A stretch of 64,000 bases of DNA, taken from Amoebophrya sp. A120 (lineage: Eukaryota; Protista; Dinoflagellata). This document shows, one piece after another, positions 10,971 through 23,003 of this stretch. Position numbers and translations under genes: made by a program. The stretch covers positions 2,399,151-2,463,150 of the forward strand of contig CAJINV010000007.1 in assembly GCA_905178155.1 (NCBI GenBank). The letters are read 5' to 3'. The first letter of the stretch is position 1. The number at the start of each line of letters is the position of its first letter. Under the pieces are notes generated by a model that was not told the origin of the DNA, made no database searches, and saw only the letters and a program-made list of their open reading frames with translations.

Positions 10971-13152
10971 AACGAAAGAAGAGCCTCCGATCGGTAAGAA
11001 AAAACAAAGAAGAAAGCGAGAAAAGACAAGATTTCATTTTCGTTTACCTGCATGCGTCTCGGCCGCGCGACAAAGCCCCTTGTGCGTGTTCAGGGGCAGC
11101 AACCCCTTCTCGATTCTTATATCCTGAGTAAAAACGTACCCACACCAGAGTTGTAATGCAAATCTGCATGCTGAGAATGTTTCTCATGCGGAGCCTCATG
11201 AGAAGCTGTTTCTAGTCGTGTTTTGCAATTTGTCATGCTCCAATCAGCATGGTATGCTAGGTCTGTGATGCTGCTGAGGTAGCTCAAACAGCACTACGCT
11301 ATGAGTCCAAATTTGTGATGCAAAACAGCCAAAACTTGTGGATTTGTCTAGCCGATTCCCCATCTTGACTATGGTGTGGGTACGTTTTTCGTCAGGATAT
11401 CTTATCTTGTTGACATAGTCGAGAATTTTTCTGGCGCACGGTATTACGAAGTTACTCGAGTACGGGGGCTTTTGAGGCTGTTCCCCGATCACCACACCAC
11501 GAGCTCCGGTTAGCATTCTTATCGCAGCTGATGTAGTAGTAACTGAACTGTTTGACAAGTGCTCGTTTATGTTGATTCGACGACTCCGGTGCTAATAACT
11601 AAGGCTCTACTCTGTAAGAAGCGCTAAAAAACGTCTCCATTTTTGTTTCTTCCCACGACCACGGAAGGTTGTAGTCCTCAGGCACAAATCAATAGACTCC
11701 TCACAGAAACGCGATATGGTGGAGCTTCATCTTCACTAGAATTGTAGTCGGCGTCGAATATGTGAGTGGCATCTGGTATTATTGATGTCCTGGAGAAGCT
11801 ACTAGCCCTTGTTGTTGACCTTGATGCGCCACTAGTAGAGGAAGATGTTCGCAAAAACACTCTCTCAAACTTTTTCACCAGAACGCCGACAGTCATTGCA
11901 GAAAAATACAGGAAAACGAAAGACGCGGGCTGCATCACTTATGTGTGGGGTTGTACATTTGGAAAGGGTGCGTCGGGGTGGGCGGGGCCAATATTGGGTA
12001 TGCGTATGAGTGCTGCTGTCCCGAATGAGTTGTTCCATTTCAGAGTGACAATGAAACGATCGAAAAAATCATCGAACGATGCGGAAGCTTCATCTCTCAA
12101 TTATACAAGGTGCCTTCGCTCCTGAGTTATCTCCTCTTGGATGTGTTTCCGATTCCGAGTTTCAGTCGCTGGGGCAAGCATGGCAGTGCGCAATCAACAA
12201 AGATAGTTAGAAGAACATCATCAACATTATTTTGCAAGTGCAGTGGTCTGCTCTATCCATGGTGGATATCATCAAACAACACATATTCCTTGAATTGATA
12301 GAAGACAACTTCTGGTGACCGTTCTTTACAGTAGTTGCCATCACAACTTGCACAACTATCACAGCTGCTCATCCGTCAGTTGATGCCAGTGGTCTGGTAA
12401 CACTTGCTCGACCGATGACCAAACCAAAATCTGTATTCTCATGATCCTTGGTACAAAAAACAAGCTCCAAGGGCTACAATTAGCGTTAGTCTTCGTACTG
12501 CTACAACTGTCCGACCTGAAGAATCGTTAATGTGATTGAATGTGTCCTCTCCTGAAAAGCTGTCGTCGCTGACTGTTATGATTGAATGTTTCCTGTTCGT
12601 TCGTCAACTTCAAGAAGCTACTACTGCTGTAGTGCTTCTCCCTCGATATTAGCCATAGCCGTAGCCCGCACTGTTAGTGTTTGGAATTGAATGCCTTCTT
12701 TCAAAAAAACTAAAACATCTAAGGATTGCTATTGCCCCGCATTTGCCGCGTTGCCAACATCGTCCATTCGCTGTCGCTTCATCATCGCAGGATCGAATTG
12801 CGGCCATGGGGGGTTTTCCTCATTTACTTCTTGTTCCCGTTTATTGTTTGCTGCTGGTGGTGGGGGTTGTACTTGTTGTACAACGTTCGCGACTGGAACG
12901 GCATTTGCGTCCGTTCCGAGCGGTGCATCGGGCACGGAGTAGTTGGTTCTGTAGTTAGTTTTTGGTCCTTGATAAGAACTTGCGCACGACCTCGACCACG
13001 TGGTCATCACTGCACTATAACTAAGTTGAGGATTTCTTCACCGTGCAGTGAAAAAATGGCCTGTAGTCAAGTGGCCATTGAAAGAGATATAGATTCTCAG
13101 AGAAGTGCCTTCTATGCGTATGAACAGAATAAATGATTTTCATTTTCATAAG

Positions 13153-14934
13153 TTAATACCCGCCCTGCTGTCCGTTCCACTTTCCGCCTTTCCCGCCCTT
13201 TCCCCAGCTACCTGACGATCCCCCGCCTCTTCCGCCCCACCATTTGCCGCCTTGCTGCGTACCACCGCCCGCCCACGGCGCTATTCCACCACCCGCTCCA
13301 TTTGCAGCACCCGCAGCACCACCACCGCCCCATGGATGATCCCCTGGCGCCGGCATGCCGAACGCACCACCCGCTGGCCCGCCTACGCCGTTTTGCGTCG
13401 CGACGTCCCATGCTGCTCCGGGTTGCATCAGCGGGTGGCCAAACATCCCAGCTGCGCCCCACATCGCGGCGGCCGCGGCCGCGGACTGCTGAGCAGGGTC
13501 GTCGATTTTCGGTAGCGAAGAGGAGCTGGAACTGAAAGACTCGGGCTTTTTCTTGCTGTTTAGACGTTCCTTCTTGTGGCTGTAGTGGGGATAATCTTCG
13601 TACATCTCCTGGACCAACCGCCGCTTGTTCGCTCTCGGAACATGCTTGATGTGCAGAAAGTTGCAATACCTGATGTGATGAAAAAAAAAAGTCTAATATT
13701 TCTCACCTGCAGCTCCTGCAGAGCGAGGAGGTGAAAATAATAAACAAAGCTCCGCGCACGAGCAGGACGACGGCGCACCAGAGAAACTTTTCAAGCGGTT
13801 AGAAGTACCCTCCGCGATTGCATCTCGCCTCGTGGAACGCGCGGCACCTCGCCTCCCTGAAGTCCGTGACCGGGGAAAATTCCGCCTTTATCATGCGCCC
13901 CGCGTTATGGGATTCTCAAATGTTACACTCTCAACTGTTGCATGAATTTGTCATGCAAGAAGAGCAAAAGTGAACGCGGGAAGATTGCGCGCTTTGCATT
14001 ACAAATTTGGAGCAGGTCCAGGTGGTGTTTAGCCCTTCGCGAATTTGTCATGCGAAACACCTTGATCGTGTGGCGGCTTATGGTCATTTTGCATGACAAA
14101 TCATGTAACAGTTGAGGATGAAGTAACGTTTGAGAACCCCATACGCGTAGTACCGCCCGTTCAACTTCTGCAATGCTTTCTCCGCGTCCTCTTCCATAAA
14201 GTACTTCACGTAAATATCGAAGAAAAAAACTTTGTTAGTGAAGGTGTCTACTTCGGGGGACAGCATGACAAATTTTCTCCGCATGAGAGAAAAAGCAAAA
14301 GCCTGCCAAGCACAGCAAGTACGTGAAAACACATATGAAAAGATGACGTCATGGGTGTCTGGCATGACAAGTGTATACTCTCTCGCATTTTCTGCATTAC
14401 AAACTTACACAGTTTTTTTCTCGCATAGTAGATGTTGCCCAACATGTGCTCGGACACGTTATCCGCAACGATCATGTCTTCTATCTCACCGTAGGTAGGT
14501 ATGCAATACAAAAAAATTTCCCGTAAACGACGTACACCATGCATGACAAGAAAGTTCGCCAGCTTGGAGCTTGCTACTAGTCATGCTCAATCATGTTCGG
14601 ACGATGGATTGGAAAAAACTTTTGTCATGCAGAAAAATAAGAAACTCACTTTTACGTCGTGAACAAAAAAAAAAAATTGCACTGTGGATAGTAGCCAGCT
14701 CGTGGAAAACCTCGTCGTAAAAATCTTCCAAATGCTTCTGCACGGCGTTGTAGGTTTCCTCCTCCCAGAGTCCCCCCGCTGCTATCTTCACCGCAGCGGC
14801 GGGCACGGGGTACATGTGGGACAGGAGAAGCGTCTGACTGGACGTCGGTCGCACGTGGTGTCGGGAGCACTGGTCGCCATGTCGGCAAGCGCCGATCTTC
14901 AGGTAGAAAGGGCAAGTGCCGTGCGCGTCCTCGG
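13153..14934 (-). CDS. U2AF1: U2AF35/U2AF1-like splicing factor, divergent paralog 1 (Gly/Trp-rich tail; 5' end unresolved)
   Basis: Spliced product has ZnF1 [48 protein letters not shown] and ZnF2 [25 protein letters not shown]. It has three introner introns plus one GT-AG intron at 13670-13808. Confidence 0.92.
13906..14143. mobile_element. Introner, family A (opposite orientation to 5708-5943)
   Basis: TIR TATGGGATTCTCAAATGTTAC / GTAACGTTTGAGAACCCCATA; DR CGCGT. The interior aligns with the reverse complement of 5708-5943. Removal gives [15 protein letters not shown]. Confidence 0.93.
14215..14427. mobile_element. Introner non-canonical intron
   Basis: TIR TATCGAAGAAAAAAACTTTG / CACAGTTTTTTTCTCGCATA; imperfect DR GTAAA/GTAGA. 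Removal gives the conserved GNIY-VKY. Confidence 0.9.
14500..14690. mobile_element. Introner, family C
   Basis: TATGCAATAC...GTGGATA ends with partial TIR; imperfect DR GTAGG/GTAGC. Removal gives FHELAT-YGEIED. Similar to the reverse complement of 28673-28874. Confidence 0.88.
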
Positions 14935-17176
14935 CTGTTTATGTTGAAGCTTTGATGTTCTGCGTGCAGAAGCGACGTCGGACTCAGAACTCTACGATTT
15001 TTTTTTGCAAAATAAGCACTACCATATGCGGAAGCAAAATATAAAACAACACCAAAAGCGCTCGAAATCTGATGCATGAAGAAACTACAGTAAAATTTTA
15101 CCAAAAAGCGCCGTGCTGCCGTACAGCGGTCTGCACAAAGGCTCACTATCCATCGCTACGTTCTCGTCTGAAATAATTTACGACACGTGGATAAGAGGCT
15201 GATGGTTCCGTCTGTAGGGGAGGCGTGTAGTTGAGTTGGCTGTAGTTGCTGCTCGGTTCTTTTCGTCGAGCGACTGTTGCGTTGCCTTTTCGCCGGAGCC
15301 GTCGAGCTGCTCAATTTGTGAAAAGATTGCGTTTGTTACACAATCAGTGACAGTGCCAGTCGTGCTGGCAGAGTCTGCAAGAAGAAGATCATACAGGCTT
15401 CGCAGTAGTTGTTGACCAAGTACCTACTTTGAGGTCCTACTAGAGGTTTTTTTTGTCACACTTGTTGAGTAGGAGTGACCTATTCCAAGAAAGGAAAGTT
15501 GTTGCTTACAAGTACAAATTTTTGTCCCAACACGTCGCTAAAATCATTAATGCAGAGCTCAAAATCGGAAAAAAAGTTCCGTAAACCAGTTATGTAAATT
15601 GTATTCCTTCAGAAGTAGCGCTTGGTGCAGATGAAAGTAGGTAATTACCAATATATCAAAGAACTCTTGTCTTTTTTGGGTCAAGTCTTCGAATTTTTTT
15701 TGGATGCAGTAGTAGATAATAAGTTCGGTGTTATTATGCTGATGTTTGAAAGTTGCTCGTGTCTTTCTTTGCCTTAATTTTTTCCCACAGCAGTTGCAGT
15801 TTCCGGCGCAGCTTTTTGCTCCTTCACACTGACTGTTTCCTGTTTTCCTTGAGGAAAATGTAGCTTTTGTTTCGCGCATGTTCATGTTCTGTTGTATCAG
15901 AGCAGTATTAAAGCTAAAGCTATGTCGTGTGTGCTACGTGTACGTGTGGCCGCGTGGAGGTTTTGTAAAATGAAAAAAAGGTAATTCTGTGTGAAAGACT
16001 CGTATGTTTTCGCCATGCGCAAAAAGGCGGCAATCCAGCTTCATCCTTTGTACCAGGTGCTGGAGGTTGGAGCCTGGATCGGCTCTGCGACGCTGAAAAC
16101 GCGCATTGCCTCGTCTTCAACGGAATGCAATCATCTTCTACTATATGCAACATGATATCATGTTTGTGACTTCCATCAGCCTATCTTTCTTGCAACTAAA
16201 CCTAAATTCATGAATTTCGAAAACGACAAGGAATATAAACGAGCTAAAAGAAATCAAATGCGAAGGGCATCACTTTGATTCGTGAGCCGGCCAGGCGTGG
16301 ATACGCTAGTGCCGCAGACCGTTTTGCCGACAAAGTATTCGCGCATCTTCACATCACAAAAATCATCTTGCAACACAACTTTTAGCCGGACACTTTTTCG
16401 CAGCACCAAAAATATTACGCGGACCTTGAGCTTGATCTTCTTCGCAATGACATCATCGCCAAAAAACGCACGAGCCAGCAATCACAACATGAATGTGGAC
16501 CAGAAATTATAAACCGCGGGCCAACACAAATTCAGCAAACCAGGTGCATCGGCAAGTCCCACTTCTACACAATATGGAACACCTTTGGTGAGGGGTAAAG
16601 AACACGATACGACGAACAGGACTACGAGCAAGTAGCTACTTTATAGTAGATTTGCTACTGCTCTTCATGACGCGACTAATTCTCCTTTTTTTCTCTTTGT
16701 GTCGTTCTTTTCTTTTTTCATTCCTTCGCGCAATTCCGTTTGGATGATGTGTGTGTCTGATGGCGACCAGCTTTGAGCAAAGAAGCCATCGAGTAGGCGA
16801 CCAGCACAAGGGGGCGGGAGCCAAAAGAACGACCAAAAGCCACGTCGCTGGTGGGTAGCTGCGTAAAATTCTTGCGTCAACATCTAGATTGAGGTGGGTT
16901 GGCAGTACAGGTCCTCTTTTTTGTCGTCGTCTGCCCATTGGGCGATCATGGCTCGTCGCTCCTCACTGTTGGAGCGGTGGATCCTGTTTTGATGGTTTGT
17001 ATTTCCTCGTCCATGATGTTGTTATGTAGACATGAGAAGTGTCAGTGTGCGTAGTTGCTCATGGTGAGGCTGATTTTCGTGTCAGTCCACGACCTCGGAT
17101 ACATAGTACAAAATTCGGATTCGAATCTCAGCACTGAATGAAAACGACAACAAACATGGTCCTCGAAAAAAACAAT

Positions 17177-18674
17177 TCAATACTTCGCCCCCAAGTCGCC
17201 GTCACCTCTCCCGCGGTCCCGCTCTCTGCCGCGATCGTCTCTTCCGCCTTTATCCCTGCCCCTGTCGCTTCGCTCATACCGGTCGTCTCTACCTCGGTCC
17301 CGGTCGCGGCCTCGATCCCCTCCTCTCCCTCGGTCTTCCCGCTCTCGGGATTTGCCTCGCGCTGCTTTCCTCTTCTTGTTATCGCGCTCGAGAAATTCCG
17401 GGTGTTCTTCATACATGCCACGCACGAGCCTCGCCTTCACGGCACGGGGAATGTGCTTGATGTGCATAAAGTTGCAGTACCTGGGGGTGGTTGTGGGGGT
17501 TTGGATTTCTATGGCGTTGAAATGAGATAATGACGAACAAAAGATCTAGTTTTTTTATAATTGTCCCGAGGGCAACATAGAAGCAGACCCATGTAGTTGC
17601 CATCCGTGTCAACATTAACATTTCAGAATGAGAATCATTATCATCTGAAATAAAAAGTGCATTATCAGCAGTACCCTCCCCGATTGCAGCTGCTTTCGTG
17701 GAACTGCCTACACCTGGCTTCCCGAAAGTCCGAGACGGGGGAGAACTCCGCTTGGATCAACTCTCCGCCGTAGTACCGGCCCGTTAAATTTTCCAATGCC
17801 TTCTCCGCGTCCTCCTCTCGGTAGTATTTCACGTATATGTTCCCGACCATGTGGTCGCTTATGTTGTCGACGACCACCATATCCTCGATCTCGCCAAAAT
17901 TTGCCATTTCCTGAAACACCTCCTCGTAGAATTCTGTGAAATATAGGTTGGACCACAATTTGTGAAATTTGTATTGCGATGAAGCATGATGTTGAGCATG
18001 ATTGCGCTTGTTCTCATCAACAGAAATTACGACTCAGATGTGGTCATGTATGCATGTGTCACTTTACATAGAAGCTAACGAAACCAGCAGCAGCACCAGA
18101 ACTTTTGGAAGAGCATAATTTATCAACGAATTATACGCTCCAGATGCTTCTGCGCCACATCGTACTGGTCATCCGTCCAGTCTATTTCTCTTGCGATGGC
18201 GAGCGATTCCTGCGTGTTGGAGTACCTGCGGATGAAGTACAAATTCAAATTCTTGTTTGTCGATGCTCATGCTGTCTTCATGCGAAAATAAGAATGGCAG
18301 TGGGTACTATCCCTCATCTATTGAAATTTGTCAACATGCGAAGTTGAATGGGAAAGCAAAAATCAAAGAAACGCTATACATGTGACTCAACAACAACGTT
18401 TGCGAGCTCGTTGGTCGGTTGTGCTGCCGACTGCATTGATCGCCGTTTCTGCAGGCCCCGACTTTGAAGTAAAACGGGCAATTCACTCGGTCCTCTTCGG
18501 TACCTGGGAAGTTAGTAATTTTTTGTTAGACTCTTCAATTCATTTTCATTTATCCCTGCTCCACCAAGAAAACCATATGAAGAAACGAAAAGTAGGATGT
18601 GAATCCGTCTACTCATAGCTGTGCTCCACAGAAATGATAGCCTTACCGTAGATGTTTGCCAAATGCTTCGCCAT
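17177..18674 (-). CDS. U2AF1: U2AF35/U2AF1 splicing factor, conventional copy (paralog 2) with RD/RG-rich tail; 5 exons
   Basis: [41 protein letters not shown] ... GNIYVKY ... [25 protein letters not shown]. In-frame GT-AG introns at 18504-18646, 18226-18379, 17934-18136 and 17481-17674. Confidence 0.95.
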
Positions 18675-20153
18675 TGTCGCTGTGTGCCTCCTGGTTTTGC
18701 TTTGTTTTCAGGATAAGGTGGATTGAAAATGCTAGGATCAAATGGACGATGTTGCCCCGAGGAAAGTGGACTATTAATTCGTGTTCCTCTCCTCGCCGAT
18801 CCCGATGCGTTTCGTTCCAGGTTTTTGCCGCGGTTTGCTCAGGGAAACAGATGCTGTGTCGCACCAATCTCAATCCTCACGGTCGTCACCTCGAAGGTTC
18901 CTATCCTGATGAAGAAGCTATGTTTATTCGTGATGTTTCAACGTTTTTACGACCACGTTCTACTCTTCTAACATCAACATGTAGAATCCAACCAGAAATC
19001 GTGTGAAAAAATGTAGTATGTCTCGCTGTGATCATGTCGCTTGACGACCTGTTGCTGTGTGGTAGTGCTGAAAGGCCGCTTGCTTCTATCGTGGGGTAGT
19101 ACCTTAGACCTGCGCTTTGGTGAAAAGTTTGAACATAAGCAAATCAATTTTGTGAAAATAAACGGCAGCGAACTCATTTACTTCAGTCCGACACTGCGCT
19201 GCGCATTTCTTGTGTCCTCTTGCAGCACTGCCTAATCTTGGCTGCTCCCCGCAAAACTCCCGGGAAAAACATCTGCGCTTTTGCTGATTTTGGTTGAAAG
19301 TGTTCTGCTTGCTTCGCTTCCCAAAAAAGGGAAACAGATTAGAAAAAGATCGAACCTCTGCCCGAGAACTATTTTCTAGCGATACCATCTTAACGTTAAC
19401 AATATTTTTTTCTGTAGATGATCTAGAACAAAGGCATTTTTCTGGACAAAACAGCGACCGCGAAACCTCGCTGGCAGCGAGTCGCTGCGCGCACAAAGCT
19501 TCATTTAGAGCTTGTTTGTGAAGATCCTTCTCGTTTTATTTCGCTGCAAGAGCAGTTGCACAACCTGCAACATCTCCTGGACGAGTGCTGAAACTTTTTT
19601 TGAAAATCATCATCGTAATTTCGCAAACGCGGGACATCATATTGGTGGGCGTTGGTCTTGATCAATGTGAAGAGATGCTGAAGCTTCTCGATTTTGGATT
19701 TATAGGAGTACAAGATGAAGATTGCTTGGCTGAGCTGGCATGTTCCAACACCAACTACAAAACCACTCATAATCATAAACATAAAGTAGCTGGCGAAATA
19801 AAGTAGTTCTGAAGTACCGACAAGCGCTCCCTTCGTGTTCGTCGATGTTTCGATACAATAATTTTCTTCGAGTGTCCGTAGCGTAGTAGCAGCACCAGCG
19901 GAAGCCGATTAGTACATGATATGGGTGAAGTACAATTCGTACACGCTAAGTGGGGTAAAAGTAAAGCTGATGAAGGTTAAAAAGTGTTCTTGCTGATGAA
20001 CAAGGATTTCAAATTTTTCAAATTGTCTACCATCTATGGTCGACCACGGGCGACGTAGGAATGACAAAGAAGGACGCGACAGGGGAACCAGAGACCCTGT
20101 AGAAATTCCACGCAGCCCCGCTTCCTTTACCTTTACCTTCCCTCACGCCGTCC

Positions 20154-21990
20154 TCACGCCACTTGATTCATGAGCACTTCGGTTGAGACCATCATCACCA
20201 CGCCCGCCGCCAGCCCGCTCACCACCACCGGTCCGGGCAAAAACCCGACGCACGGACCGCAGGAGGGCCCGAAGCCACGCTTCTCCTGCAGCATCGCTTC
20301 CGGGAGCAGCTCGAACATGGAGAGAGCGCACATCAACCCGGCGGCAAAGGCGAGAACGAGAGAAACGGGGACTTGTACCTCCTGAATGCAGAAGATGGAA
20401 ATCAGCGCGCCAACCGGCTCAGCCAAGCCGGATGCAGACGCTAGGGAAAACGCAAGCCATGGACGGTCGGGGAAGGCCTTTGTTTTTGTTTGGGAATATA
20501 GGACGTTGTTCTTCTTGTGGATCTTTGTCTTTCGCAGAACAAGTGAGACGAATATCAAGACGCATGATCTGTACGCAGGTGATGTTGAAACCAAACTCTG
20601 AGTTTTGTCTCACTTTGCAGCATGAATACTTAATCTTCAGGTTGTACAGGCAGCAAAAATTCATATTCTACCGCCAAACACGGCACGGCAATCGCCAGCC
20701 CTTCGGGTATGTTGTGAAAGAACACCGCTGCGGCGACTGTCGCGCCCACCTTGTCGCTCAGCTGCCCGCCGGCTGCGACCGCCAATCCCTCTGGAAAATT
20801 GTGCGCCAATAGAGAGACAAACATCAGCAGCGCGAGGCGCCACGAGCGCTGCTGCAGCACTATCGTTTCCGCGACCGTTGACTTCGAGTCCGTCGCCTCC
20901 CCGTCATGTCGGTCCCTGACCGCAAACCCGTCGACGTGCTCCATGGTTAGCTGCTTCGACCTCCACGGCTGGACGAGAAAGGTGGACGAACTACTAGCTT
21001 GCTCCCCCTCCGCTCCTGCGCTAACCATTCTCCTATTTACGACCGTGCTGCTACTCGCTGCTGCGGCTGATGTTCTAGTTCCTGCGTTTATTTTCTTTTC
21101 TGGGGTTCCTTTCTCGATGTCATCAACATCCGACTCGTTTGTGGATGCTACTGGCACGTCCTGCGGATTTTCGCCACTGGTCATCATGGTGTTCGCGGTG
21201 TTTGTATTTCCTGCCATAGGGGATTCCAGCCCGTCCGACATTAGTCGCACGTCCGGACTCGCGTACACGACCCGGTCCTGCTTTTTAATATTCGCAGCTG
21301 TAGAAGAACTCGTTCGTGATTTATTTTTCCTTTTGTTCTTTTCTTTCAAATCTTTTTCAATGCTGCTAACATCTCCCCTTGGTTCGTGCTCGTTTTCCTG
21401 TTCTTCAGAGCTGCTACTACCGGGCTGTTTTGGCAGTAAGTGCTGCCCCTCTGACAGATTCTGCTCCTCTTCCGCTTTCAACTGCTCGAGAATAATGTCC
21501 TCCGCGGGCGGGGGGTAGAGCGTGTACCGGAGAAAAAAGTAAACCAGTCCGCCAAGCAGAAACCACATGAGGTCGAGGTAGAGATCGCGCATCGGGGTCG
21601 TGGAAAGCTTCTTGTCCTGTCCGCCAATGACCGCTGGTCCGATAGTCAAAGCGGACACCGTGAGCATGACGCCTAAAATAGAGCATAGAGGTGGCATTAA
21701 AACAATAAATCTCGCTTCAATATCTATAAGCAATCTTCATCTCGTGCTTCCACAAAGATCATGTCTGTGGACTTGCAATGCGTCAAGGTTTTCAATAGAG
21801 CGAAATACATCGAAAATAATAATAAACCTCCCAAGAACGCATTGAAAAATACAAATCCAGAAGCTGTACCTGCCGTGAGCGCAAAGCTGAAGGCCATCCC
21901 ATTGCTGGTGATTTTGGGTGCCCAGATGGGGATCAAAGCGCCCAAAATGGTCCCGCTACCGGCAATCATCGCGAGGTAAACCGCGTCCAT
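20154..21990 (-). CDS. ZIP-family (ZupT/GufA-like) metal transporter; 3 exons
   Basis: HNFPEGLAV, HNIPEGLAIAVP, SGLAEPVGA and AFAAGLM..ELLPEA motifs with multiple TM segments. GT-AG introns at about 21674-21869 and 20478-20671. Confidence 0.92.
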
Positions 21991-23003
21991 CTTAAACTCC
22001 TGCTGGCGGGTACCTTGCACTTCGTGCGCGAGGGCAAGCTTGTCGCGAACGATTTGAAGTACCATTTTTCTTTTATATTTCTTGTAGTGTATTCAACAAA
22101 TTATATAAATCCAAAACCAGATCTAAATGACGCGATGTTACTCCCCTCGTGGAAACAAAACTATAACAAGCAGAAAATTATACCAGTACAGCAAGGGTAG
22201 ACCGAGACGGACCCGGCCTCAGGATGTAGAAACTAGACGAGGAAGAGGGAAGAACTACAGCTAGTAGTACAGCTACAGCTAGAAGTTGTACAGGAATGTT
22301 TTCTACAACAAATTCTTTTTCTTGTCGCTCTTGATATTCGGAAAAAAAAATCTGTCCATTAAAAGTAACTCTGTGTACTTAGAGGTCGAGGTACCTCTCC
22401 TATGGTCTTCTTACAACCCTTGTTCTCTATTGAGCTCAACTGATGAAGATAAACCACAAAAAGGAGCACAGGAACATCCGGAATCAGACAAGGTACTGAA
22501 GATGTAGTTGAGACACATGCACTAGGTAGTAGAGACGAAATATTGTGGATACGGTATAATCTGTATGGCCCGAGCGAAGACGAATAAGATTCTGACGCCA
22601 GCAACTTAACCGACTAGATGGACCCGCCATGGTTTTGATATAATATTTTTTGCCTTTGGTTTGAAGATGTACGGGCGAGACCGACTTCTGCAGAGGAGAC
22701 ACATTTGTTGTAGATCGATTCAAATGCATTTGCACCACGGACGAATGCGAGAAGCTTCCAGCTCGAGACAGCTGCGGCGTCCGAGATCATTGTTCGAATC
22801 GAAATTTCTTCCGAGTCACGTCGATGGTTCATTTTATTTTTCCCTGCCAGGATGGCAGGACAATCAAAATCATTTGGAAACGAAAGCGCGAAATCTCATG
22901 ATTGCAAGTCCTCGTGCAGGGCGGGTCTCTGTATCTTCACTGTCTGCTTAATGGCAAGAAAATATTCTTGGATTTGCGACCACAGCGACATCACCTCATA
23001 TCA

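Noticed and set aside
5708-14690. Frameshifted or pseudogene reading of the cathepsin and U2AF35 genes
   Set aside because: The breaks examined coincide with TIR/DR elements or GT-AG introns whose removal restores conserved motifs.
14940-15193. Possible further introner upstream of U2AF35 paralog 1 (similar candidates at about 7580-7843, 30300-30534, 58990-59212)
   Set aside because: At least one end starts with TAT, but I could not find a convincing TIR or DR pair, so boundaries are not called.
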